Below are positions 34,027 to 42,937 of a stretch of DNA of 64,000 bases, piece by piece. This DNA comes from an uncultured Planctomycetota bacterium. Lineage in GTDB: Bacteria > Planctomycetota > Planctomycetia > Isosphaerales > Isosphaeraceae. Numbering within the stretch: the stretch's first letter is position 1; the number at the start of each line of letters is the position of its first letter. The notes beneath the pieces were generated by a model. That model did not search any database. It saw only the letters and a program-made list of their open reading frames with translations, and was not told the origin of the DNA. Where the stretch lies: positions 64,001-128,000 of the forward strand of contig CAWGMQ010000005.1 of assembly GCA_963823665.1 (NCBI GenBank), read 5' to 3'. The translations under genes were made by a program, and so were the position numbers.

Positions 34027-35485
34027 TCAGCCGCCAAGCCCCGGAATCGGCCGGCCGCCTTCCGTGACGATGGGGTGGGGCCGTCCCAGCGGGTCGGTCC
34101 AGTGGGCATCGGGGTCGATCCCAAGGTGGCGGAAGACGGTGGCCCCGAGGTCGCTCGGAGTTACCCGGCCGGTGCGGATCTCGGAGGCGGTGCGGTCGGT
34201 GCTGCCGATCGCCTGGCCATGCGCCAGCCCGCCGCCGGCGACGAGCATCGACATGCAGGTCAGGTAGTGTTCGCGGCCTCCCGTCGCGGTGATCGCCGGC
34301 GACCGGCCGAACTCCCCCATCATCAAGATCAGGGTGCTGTCGAGCAGGCCCCGTGCCTCCAGGTCGTTGACCAGTGCATAAATCGCGCGGTCGATGCGCG
34401 GCAAGAGCGGCTTGAGGCCCTTGATCAGACCGCCCCAGATCACGTCGTCGCCGTGGTTGTCGAAGAGCCCGAAGAAGCCGCTGACGACCACGAAGGTGAC
34501 ACCCGCCTCGACCAGCCGCCGCGCCAGAAGAGCGCGCTCGCCCAGGGTGTTACGGCCGTAGAGATTCCGGACCCGGTCCGGTTCCTGGTCGATCTGAAAA
34601 GCTTGCCGCGCTTTACCGGAAAGGACCATTGATAGCGCTTGACGATTGTAGATGTCCATGCTCGCCATGGTGTCGCCGGTGTCCAGCGAGCTTTGCAGGC
34701 GGTCGAATTGCGCAAGCAGCACGGCGCGGTCATTGGCGCGGGCGACGTTGACCGCCGGGTGCAACGCGAGGCGCCCGGCGAACTCGCCGCCGTCGACCGG
34801 CTGGTAGGCGGGGCCGAGAGGGCCGGCGCCCCAGACGTCGGCCTTCCAGTTGTTCCCCGCATCCGCCAGGCCGACGAAGGCCGGCATGCCCGGCTGGTTC
34901 GGCCCTCGAAACCGCGCGGCGAGCGAGCCCATCGACGGGTGACGGCCGCCGTCGGCGAACGTTGGCGACTGCGACAGCGTGTTGCCGGATTGCATGGTGG
35001 CCGGGTGATGATCGCGGCTTTCCCGGCAATCCACGGAGCGGATCAAGGTCAGCCGGTCCATGATACTGGCCTGCAGCGGCAAGTGCTCGCACACTCGGAT
35101 GCCGGGGACCCTGGTGTCGATCGTCCCAAAGGGACCGCGAATTTCGCCGGGGGCATCGGGTTTGGGGTCCCACGTATCGATGTGGCTGGGACCGCCGGAG
35201 AGCCAGAAGAGAATCACCGAAGTTTTGCGCTGTGCCACCCGCCGTGGTCGCCCGAGCACGGCTTTGCAAGAGGGCGGGTAGCGACAGCCCCGCCAGGCCT
35301 GTCAGGCCTGTTTGCAGAAACCACCGCCGCGAGCCGACTCGGATCAGGTCGGAAGCCGCCGGTTGTAGCGGATTTTCGCAAGCGGCGCCGGCGTGCTCGG
35401 CGTCATGATACCGGTTGGACTGGGCTGGGGCGATCACGACGAGTCTCCTGCCGGGTATCCCAAACACCCCTGACGATACAATCAA
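34027..35485 (-). CDS. DUF1501 family protein; frameshift near 35260; start uncertain
   Basis: Tat-like SRRWFLQTG; WLSGGPSHIDTWDPKP, LLARRLVEAGV, MGEFGRSP, GG+GQAIGSTD. Confidence 0.85.
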
Positions 35486-35704
35486 CGCGGCTCATGGTCG
35501 ACCGCCCGACCCTATGCGGTATCATCCTTGCCTGTCAAGCATACGGGCCCTCGGGGCGGGAAAAGGTGTCAGGAACCGAAAATGGCTTTCCCGTCACGCG
35601 TCACTTGATGGATGCCAGCCCGCGAATACCCGGTACGCTCGCACAATCCGTGCATCAGGATCGCCGGCATGATCACGCGGCACGACGAGCATCCGCCCCA
35701 CCAC

Positions 35705-36511
35705 TCAGCGGCTGATCTTCAGGCTCGGCAACGCCCGCTGTAGTTCATTCACTCCGGCGTCGGTGACCTGCGTCGACATGAGATCGAGATCCGACAGTTT
35801 GGTCAGCCCGTGCAGGTGCGCCAGCCCGGCGTCGGTGACGTGAGTGCGAGTGAGGTTAAGTTCCGAGAGATCGGTCAGTCCCTTAAGCTGCTCCAGCCCG
35901 GCATCGGTGATTTGTGTACCACCAAGGCTGAGTGAGGTAAGGTGCTTCAGCGCCGTCAAATGCGCAAGTCCGGCGTCCGTGACCCGATTGCCGTCAAGGA
36001 AAAGAGCCGTGAGGTTTGTGAGGCCCTTCAGATACAACAGCCCAGCATCTCTGACCCGAGTGTCTCGGACGCAAAGGACCGAGAGGTTTGTCAGTCCCGT
36101 AAGCTGCGATAGCCCGGTGTCGCTCAGGGTAGAAGGGATGACAATACAATCCCAGGACGATTGATCGTGAAACAGAGCCTGTAGCCGGGTGAGACGTCCG
36201 ACCTGTGCGATCGCTGCATCGTCGGCTTCGCTTGGGGTGAGAAAGACAAACGTGACGTGATCGAAATAGTCGACCCCGATCAGATCGATGAGCCACCGTG
36301 GCCCCCAGGGTTTTCCCCCCGAAATCGACGCTCCGTTGTTCCACTCCCAGTCATAACCGACGTTGCCGCCGACTTTCTGGATCGCCGCCACCGCCTCACG
36401 CTGAATCCGAGCGTTGCGAACGAGCCAGCCAAGCCAAACACCGATCACAAGCACCAGAACGATCAGCCCCCGCACGCTGAAGCGCAGGAATCTTCGCCAG
36501 GGCCGCCGGAT
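35705..36511 (-). CDS. Leucine-rich repeat protein; natural start apparently replaced by the repeat element
   Basis: RRPWRRFLRFSVRGLIVLVLVIG, then about six L..T.VTDAGL..L..LT.L repeats, ending ELQRALPSLKISR. Confidence 0.8.
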   Translation of the reverse strand: MRRPWRRFLRFSVRGLIVLVLVIGVWLGWLVRNARIQREAVAAIQKVGGNVGYDWEWNNGASISGGKPWGPRWLIDLIGVDYFDHVTFVFLTPSEADDAAIAQVGRLTRLQALFHDQSSWDCIVIPSTLSDTGLSQLTGLTNLSVLCVRDTRVRDAGLLYLKGLTNLTALFLDGNRVTDAGLAHLTALKHLTSLSLGGTQITDAGLEQLKGLTDLSELNLTRTHVTDAGLAHLHGLTKLSDLDLMSTQVTDAGVNELQRALPSLKISR

Positions 36512-36690
36512 GGGAAGCAAGACACCCACCCTTTCGTCGTGAATCAAAGATGAAACCGTTCGGGGAAAGGCGCAGCCGGACACCCATTCTCTCCGAGTGA
36601 TCCATCCACGGCTGCCTCAAACTCGCCAAAACGCTGGGTGTCTTGAAACCTGGTGTCTTGAATCCCAAAACGCTGGGTGTCTTGAATCCC
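36512..36690 (+). repeat. ~140-bp TIR-bounded repeat, copy 1 (right end triplicated)
   Basis: GGGAAGCAAGACACCC..GGACACCC..CAAAACGCTGGGTGTCTTGAA followed by two further GGTGTCTTGAATCCC units. Confidence 0.9.
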
Positions 36691-37345
36691 TGCGCCGTCC
36701 AGCCGATCCGCTCGTCCTTCAACCGATGGACCCGGCCACGGGTCGCGAGGGGCTGCTCCCGCGCCGACTGTTCGAGCTCGCTGTCGGACAGCCCATCGAT
36801 CAGGCCAACTCCGAACAGTGGCGGAGTATTGCGTGCCGTCAACCGGAACCCCACGCGATTGCTCCCCAAGCCGTTCTCCACGTCCCGCTCGGTGGCCATG
36901 GTCTCCCTGTTCAGCTCCTCCATGGTCGGGTTCGGAAAACACTTGCTGGGCCTGTCCTCATATCGAATTCGGGGGCCGACAGTCGTGTGTCGGCGACCGG
37001 AGTGGCTGGTCGAGTCCATCGAGACGATTTTAGCCCTGATCGAGGCTGCCGAGACGCGAGCACTCGTGCGGCATCGAGAACGACCTGCCCCGCGGTTGTC
37101 AGACCGATCAGGCCCGCCAGCGCCCACCGCCAGGCGCGGGACGGTCGCACCGCCGGCGCCCGGACTCGCATCGGCGGCACACCGCGAGAAATCGCGCCCG
37201 TCACAGTCATACCTGAAGCCTTCATCGGGGAAGGAGTCCGCGTCCGACCGGTTCGTTGGCCTCTATTGAGGCATTCGTCCCCGGTCGCGGTTTTGTTCGA
37301 GGGACCTCCGGTGAAATGGGACTCAGGTCGGATCGACCGAATCAA
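36691..37345 (-). pseudogene. Fragment of a di-heme oxidoreductase-like gene
   Basis: RNTPPLFGVGLIDG..RGRVHRLKDERIGWTAQ ends exactly at the repeat; upstream frames are disrupted. Confidence 0.55.
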
Positions 37346-37415
37346 CTCCAGATCAATCGACTTCGGTATCGTCGGACCGAAGCGGACAGTCTCCGCTGCT
37401 ATCGGAACCCCAGCG

Positions 37416-38168
37416 TTACTTTTTTGCCTTGGCCTTCTCCCGCGCGGCGGCCTCGGCGAGGACCGACTCGGGGTCGTCGTTGAACGTGTCGCGGCAGCCG
37501 GTGCAGCAGACCCAGTAGGTCTTGCCCTTGTAGTTGACCTTGATCGTGCCGCGGCCCTCGGTAACGACGCAGAGCGGGTACGACTCGCCCGTGGCGAAGG
37601 CGACTCCCTCGCGGGTGTAGCCGACCTCGCCGAGCCGGGAGAAGGTGTGGAGCTCGGGGTCCTCGGCCTCCAGCAGGACGAGCAGGCGGGTGTCGTGCAG
37701 CGGGGTGATCGAGACCCGGCGCACTCCGCCGGCCGGGGCCTTGGCGTCGGCCGTCAGGACCAGCGGCTTCTTTTCCTCCGCCGCACCGGCGAAGGTGCGG
37801 GACGTGCCGTCGGCGAGGGTCGCCTTGAGGACGAACGTGCCGGGCGCCTTGCCCGCCCGAAGTACGCCCGACTTGAGGTACTTGCCCTTCTTGACCGTTA
37901 TCTCCAGTCCGGCCGAGTCGCTGGTGAGCTTCCAGGCCCAGACCGCCGACTCCATCCACGCCCCGCGCACCCGTCCCCGCTGGACCTGCCCGACCCCGCG
38001 CCACGAGCCCACGAGCGGGGCGTACGCCTTCAGCGCCTCCTGGTCGGCGCGCCGGGCCGGCGCGACCTTGTCCTTGTCGTCGACAGCCCGCACCGTGACC
38101 GCGGCCGCCGCCACGACCCCCAGCGCCGCCAACAGGCCGACGCCCGACGAAACCCTGGCCCTTCGCAT
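37416..38168 (-). CDS. Secreted YHS-domain protein
   Basis: Signal peptide; C-terminal CVVTEGRGTIKVNYKGKTYWVCCTGCRDTFNDDPE. Confidence 0.8.
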   Translation of the reverse strand: MRRARVSSGVGLLAALGVVAAAAVTVRAVDDKDKVAPARRADQEALKAYAPLVGSWRGVGQVQRGRVRGAWMESAVWAWKLTSDSAGLEITVKKGKYLKSGVLRAGKAPGTFVLKATLADGTSRTFAGAAEEKKPLVLTADAKAPAGGVRRVSITPLHDTRLLVLLEAEDPELHTFSRLGEVGYTREGVAFATGESYPLCVVTEGRGTIKVNYKGKTYWVCCTGCRDTFNDDPESVLAEAAAREKAKAKK

Positions 38169-38267
38169 CGTGGACTCGCCCCCCTGAAGACTGACCCTCC
38201 CGTCGCCGACCCCGACCCCGACCATTGTAGGATGAAACCCCGCCCGGAAGCCATACTCTGTTTCGAT

Positions 38268-38414
38268 GGGAAGCAAGAAGCAAGACACCCACCCTTTCGT
38301 CGGGAATCAAAGATGAAACCGCGCGGGGAAAGGCGCAGCCGGACACCCATGCTCTCCGAGTGATCCATCCATGGCTGCCTCAAACTCGCCAAAACGCTGG
38401 GTGTCTTGGATCCC
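38268..38414 (+). repeat. ~140-bp TIR-bounded repeat, copy 2
   Basis: GGGAAGCAAGAAGCAAGACACCC..GGGTGTCTTGGATCCC. Confidence 0.9.
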
Positions 38415-38512
38415 TCTTTGATCAATCATCGTCAACAATCAAGAAGTTTGAGACAATGGGTGCTTGGCCTCCGATCAAAGGAAGATGGAGGCGGTGCCGC
38501 CAAGAGGTCGCG

Positions 38513-38956
38513 ATGAAAGTACCCCACTTCCGAATCGCCTCGATCATGGTGGTCGTCGCCATCGTCGCACTCAACCTCGTGGCGATTCGGGCTTTGCTTG
38601 GATTCCGTTCTCTAATGGGTGAATTGTTGATACTGAGTGCCCTGCCGATGGCGAACCTCTTGGCAGTCGGCCTGCTGATTGGTAGACGGCGTCCTGGGAA
38701 CCGTCCATTCCTCCTGGGCTTCGCGCCGTTCGGTGCGATGGCGCTCGCCCTTTACGTCGCCGTGACGACGTCTGTTCCTCGTGAGATTGTGGTATCCTGG
38801 CTGGCGCCGGTGAGCGACTACTTGGTGAGAATGATCGGGGCACATCGACCGTTGCTCTTCATCCGAGCCCTGACCTTCGCCTGTCTGCTCATACTGGTCT
38901 TGCCTCAAGTGATCTTCGCTCTGATCGGTGGCTTCCTATCCCGGAGATTCAAGTGA
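38513..38956 (+). CDS. Small four-TM membrane protein
   Basis: GAGG RBS; MKVPHFRIASIMVVVAIVALNL..FLLGF..LPQVIFALIGG; resembles 60521..61051. Confidence 0.7.
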   Translation: MKVPHFRIASIMVVVAIVALNLVAIRALLGFRSLMGELLILSALPMANLLAVGLLIGRRRPGNRPFLLGFAPFGAMALALYVAVTTSVPREIVVSWLAPVSDYLVRMIGAHRPLLFIRALTFACLLILVLPQVIFALIGGFLSRRFK

Positions 38957-38982
38957 GGAGGCAGACACTCGTCAGTCGCATG

Positions 38983-39122
38983 GGGAAGCAAGACATCCAC
39001 CCTTTCGTCGGGAATCAAAGATGAAACCGTGGGAGGAAAGGCGCAGCGGGACACCCATTCTCGTCGAGTGATCCGTCCATGGCTGCGTCAAACTCGCCAA
39101 AACGCTGCGTGTCTTGAATCCC
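38983..39122 (+). repeat. ~140-bp TIR-bounded repeat, copy 3
   Basis: GGGAAGCAAGACATCC..GCGTGTCTTGAATCCC; most diverged copy. Confidence 0.88.
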
Positions 39123-39337
39123 CATCCCAATGGACAAGGACGTTTCATAGGGTACGCTATTTGTCTATGCCTTCCGATGGCCGCTCCCTCGGTCCGATTC
39201 CTGAGAACAGGCATCCAACGACGACTGACTGGAGGGCGTCGCCGCAAGAAGAACGCGCGAAGTCCGAGATCTGAGGGGAAGATGGTGGATTCAAATACTC
39301 CGGCGCCGGCCGCGAGTATGGCAGGTACGGGATCGAC

Positions 39338-40388
39338 ATGCGAAGACTCAAGGTCGACCTTCAAGACGTGGCGATCGCCTTTGAAGACCACGGTTCCGAG
39401 TTGAGCCACTACCTCGACATGCAGACCGGCCGGGTCGTTTCCGTCGGCGCAAACGACTTCTCGGAGATCGATGAAGACGACGATGTACTCCGGGAAGATG
39501 AGCTCCGAGAAGATGACTACGAAGGGCCCGAACTGCCTAGCGAGCCTGACTGGATTCGAGCCGAACATGCACTTCGCGCGGAAGTCTGCAATGGGCTGGG
39601 CACGCGGTACATTGAAATCCCCGCCGACGACCGTCGCGAAGCCTACCGCGACATGGAAGAGTTTGTTGACACCGTGCAGGACAGTCGCCTCCAGGCTTGG
39701 CTGGCACGCGACATCGTGGGCCGCGGCGCATTTCGCCGGTTCCAAGATAGGCTTTCCGGGGACTTTCACGAGCGACGCCGTTGGTTTGAATTCAAGAATG
39801 CGCGGCTGGAAGCGCGAATACGCGATTGGTTGGCGTCCGAGGAGATCGAGCCAATCGAAGATCCCCGCGATCAGGAGCGGGAAGAACAGCGGAAGGCCCA
39901 GGAGTTGGTCGATATTCGACTCGACCTGGTCGCCGCGGTCTTGGATTTCGTTGGTTCCGTGGCGCGGACTCCCGGGGGTGCTGCGGATCGCGCTCATCGG
40001 GTCCTTGACAACCGATCGGCTAGACCCGAAGGATGCCGACCTTCTCGTCACTGTGGCAGATGACGCCGGCCTTGGCGCGCTCGCCAAGTCTGCCCGTCGC
40101 ATGCAGGGTCGTGCGCAGAGTTCCAACCGCGGAGCCGATGTTTTTCTACTGGATCCGCGCGGACGCTATATCGGGCGCACGTGTCAGTGGAAAGACTGTG
40201 GTCCCGGAATTCGTCAGAGCTGCGACGCCCTCCATTGCGGCCAACGGCACTACCTTCACGATGACCTGGCCGCGGTCACTCTCCCGAGAGAGATCACAGA
40301 TTCCCCAGCCATCGAGCTATGGCCCGGGCTGGTCACCCGCGTGCCGGTTCCACAAGACCTCAAGGCGGGGCTAATCGACAAGTTGTGA
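39338..40388 (+). CDS. UPF0158 domain fused to (or adjacent to) a nucleotidyltransferase-like domain; frameshift near 39975
   Basis: YLDMQTGRV, YRDMEEFV, GRGAFRRFQD, WFEFK; then PGVLRIALIGSL..PKDADLLV and C..W..C..C..HC..HYLHDD. Confidence 0.7.
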
Positions 40389-40439
40389 TCGTCGTCCTCT
40401 CTCTTTTGTCGCTAGCTGATTCGAAAGGTCGTTTCATCC

Positions 40440-40736
40440 ATGAACCAGTCACCTGAACTCACGCCGGCCGAGCAAGTTCATGCTGGCCTTTACCGAGACC
40501 CGTCGCAGCTTTTCAAACGGGCGCTAGGTCGCAAGCTTTCCTTCATCATCCCGTCGCTCGTGCTCATGATTGTCTGGCTTTTCACGCGTGAGCTCCCCTA
40601 CGTCATTCTCGGTTATGGGATCTTGCTTTACGAAGAGGTGCTTGGAATCTTCTTGGCCAAGAGAGGCATTCAGACCACCAATCAAGTCCTCACGAGATAT
40701 CAGCAAAAGGTCCCAAATCAAGCAGACGCTCCCTGA
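40440..40736 (+). CDS. Small two-TM hypothetical protein
   Basis: 98-aa ORF with FIIPSLVLMIVWLF and YVILGYGILLY; ends 33 nt before repeat copy 4. Confidence 0.55.
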   Translation: MNQSPELTPAEQVHAGLYRDPSQLFKRALGRKLSFIIPSLVLMIVWLFTRELPYVILGYGILLYEEVLGIFLAKRGIQTTNQVLTRYQQKVPNQADAP

Positions 40737-40769
40737 CAGGGCGATCCCGATTTCTGCATCTACAACGAG

Positions 40770-40939
40770 GGGAAGCAGGAAGCAAGACACCCATCCGTTC
40801 GTCGGGAATAAAAGATGAAACCGTCCGGGAAAAGCGCATCCGGACACTCATTCTCTCCGAGTGATCCATCCATGGCTGCCTCAAACTCGCCAAAACGCTG
40901 GGTGTCTTGAATCCCAAAACTCTGGGTGTCTTGAAACCC
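40770..40939 (+). repeat. ~140-bp TIR-bounded repeat, copy 4 (both ends partly duplicated)
   Basis: GGGAAGCAGGAAGCAAGACACCC..GGGTGTCTTGAATCCC-AAAACTCT-GGGTGTCTTGAAACCC. Confidence 0.9.
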
Positions 40940-40991
40940 ATCTGACCTATGGATGCTGCAGAAAATTCCCGGCCGGAGTTCAACTGAAAGC

Positions 40992-41576
40992 CTAAGCCAG
41001 TGATAGCTTGAACAACTCTTGCGCCACTGCGTGACGCCCTAGAACAACATGCGTCGCACGCTCGCCCGCGACGTGCTCCGTACAGGTGTATCCGAGCTTG
41101 ACGAGATCAATTTCGCCAAGGAAGCGTTCGCCCGAGCCGAGGAGCACCGGGCATATCGCCAGATTCAGCTCATCGATCAGTCCGGCGCGAAGATACTGCT
41201 GATCGGTGGCGACGCCGCCTCCGATACAAACGTCTTTCCCATTCGCGGCCGCTGTGGCTCTCTCGAGGGCGCGGTGGATTCCATCCGTCATGAAATGGAA
41301 CGTCGTTCCTCCCTGCATCGGGATCGATTCGCGCGGGTAGTGGGTCAGCACGAACACGGGGCTGCGAAACGGCGGCGTCTCTCCCCACCCGCCCTTCCAG
41401 GAGTTGTCAGGCCACGGCCCTCGAACGGGTCCGAGCATGTTTCTGCCGAAGATGTAGGCGCCCACGTTCAGGAACCTCCGAGCGAAGAAGTCATCGTCGA
41501 TCCCGGTCGTTCCTGCGTCCTTGCCGTGAATGGGCTGGAACGTCCACTCCTTGCGTACTTGGTTGAGGTATGGCAA
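40992..41576 (-). pseudogene. Dihydrofolate reductase / RibD C-terminal family protein, probably 5'-truncated
   Basis: GAYIFGRNM, WGETPPF..PVFVLTH, GKDVCIGGG, AGLIDEL, PVLLGSGER; the usual N-terminal S.DG motif is not seen. Confidence 0.65.
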
Positions 41577-42063
41577 CTGGAGCGGGATCTGGAAGCAGGC
41601 CGGGGCGACCCGAGCACGGCTGGGTTGCGCGACCGTCCGTCGGCGCTCCCCAAACCGCCGCCCGGGGCGGCACCTTGTGCCGCAGATAGCATCAATTCTC
41701 TTCGCTAATCGATTCCGCCGCTGGAACCCGGAAAGTCTCTTGAAATTTCCCAGTTGACGGCGTGTCGAATCCGTAAAGTCGTCGCATAATCTATGTCAGG
41801 CGGACCGCTGTGTCGCGATGCGCTGCGGCCTGGCAGGGCCGACTCGATGCGTCGCGTTCTGGAGGCGCACCCAACGCCCCGAAGGTTTTGTTGCCGAGGG
41901 ATGTGTTCCAGCGGGCTGGAAGTCCCTGGGTATTGACCTGCGCACCGTTGGGGCGGGGCATGGCGGGGGCGAGGCCGCCCGGAGTCGTCGGCCCTACGGT
42001 GACTGCACCAGGCCCTGAGGAGTGGGCCGGATTTGGGCTGCGGCTGGGTTGTCGGAGGCGAAA

Positions 42064-42142
42064 TGAGATTAACATTAAGATTCGGATCAGGATTAAGATT
42101 ATGATCAAAATTAACGGTAAAACTACGATCAGGATTGGGATC
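42064..42142 (+). repeat. Degenerate 6-bp-period AT-rich repeat tract
   Basis: GAGATTAACATTAAGATTCGGATCAGGATTAAGATTATGATCAAAATTAAC..ACGATCAGGATTGGGATC. Confidence 0.6.
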
Positions 42143-42515
42143 TGGAGGAAGATCAGGGCGCGGCCGGTTTACACTAGTGTACGGATGCTGGAAGGCCCCC
42201 GTAATATTGCCACTTTTTGCCATTTTTTCGATGGGATCGACGATTGCTTCGGGTGCAGTGGCTGCTCTGCAAGTTCAATGGGCATAATCGAATGGGAACA
42301 GAGCGAAGGCGTTCTTCGGCAATGGCAAAACCACTTGGCACGTGCCACGAAAAATTGCCAAAACAAATCGATGGTCTTGTTCACTATGTTTTTAACCCGT
42401 TTTTTCACGGCACTCGAGAGGGCATTCGCGCCGGCTGGGGCGCGCGGTCTTCCCTGGGCGCAAGCCCCCTCCGCCCTCTGCGGTGGCACCTTCCCCACGA
42501 GGGCGGATGAATCCC

Positions 42516-42538
42516 TTCGCAGAGCGAAGGGCGACAAT
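42516..42538 (+). repeat. REP-like short repeat, copy 2
   Basis: TTCGCAGAGCGAAGGGCGACAAT, near-identical to 15240..15262. Confidence 0.55.
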
Positions 42539-42937
42539 GGGGTGGTTCGTGAGAGCCGCTTCAGCACGATCAATTTGGAACTGAATTCCGATTTTTCCTG
42601 CGTCACACTCAACTCGTTCTGGCATAACGGGTTCTGGCTTGTCCGAGCGCGCTCCAATTTCCTGCGTCACACCTAAGTCCAAGCCCTGCAAGGACGTGAC
42701 GCAGTGACGAAGGCCTGGCCCACTTGTGTGCGCGGGCGGCGGGTTTTCAATGGTCTGACGGGGAGGGATGAGGCGAGGGTTCGTTCCCTTAAAGTGGCCC
42801 GTTGGCGCGCCCGAAGTCGGATTGTCGCTTCCGTCCAATCATGGTACACATCCAGCGCTCGAGCACCGGTGCCCACGCGAGAGCCCGGTGACGCATGGAG
42901 GCTCTCGGGTAATCCCCTCCGCGATATCCCCTCCCAC

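Noticed and set aside
36512..40939. CRISPR array or canonical integron attC array
   Set aside because: Repeats are ~140 bp with gene-sized spacers; no cas genes, no RYYYAAC/GTTRRRY cores and no intI in the window
36396..40983. ORFs carrying FKTPSVLASLRQPWMDHSERMGVR or MSGCAFPR as a protein family
   Set aside because: These are translations of the DNA repeat in different frames, not conserved genes
42335..42360. Sigma-54 promoter at TTGGCACG
   Set aside because: No TTGC at the required -12 spacing on either strand
41810..42676. 288-aa ORF with IKIRIRIKIMIKI
   Set aside because: Crosses repeat remnants and a low-complexity tract; no protein-like motifs
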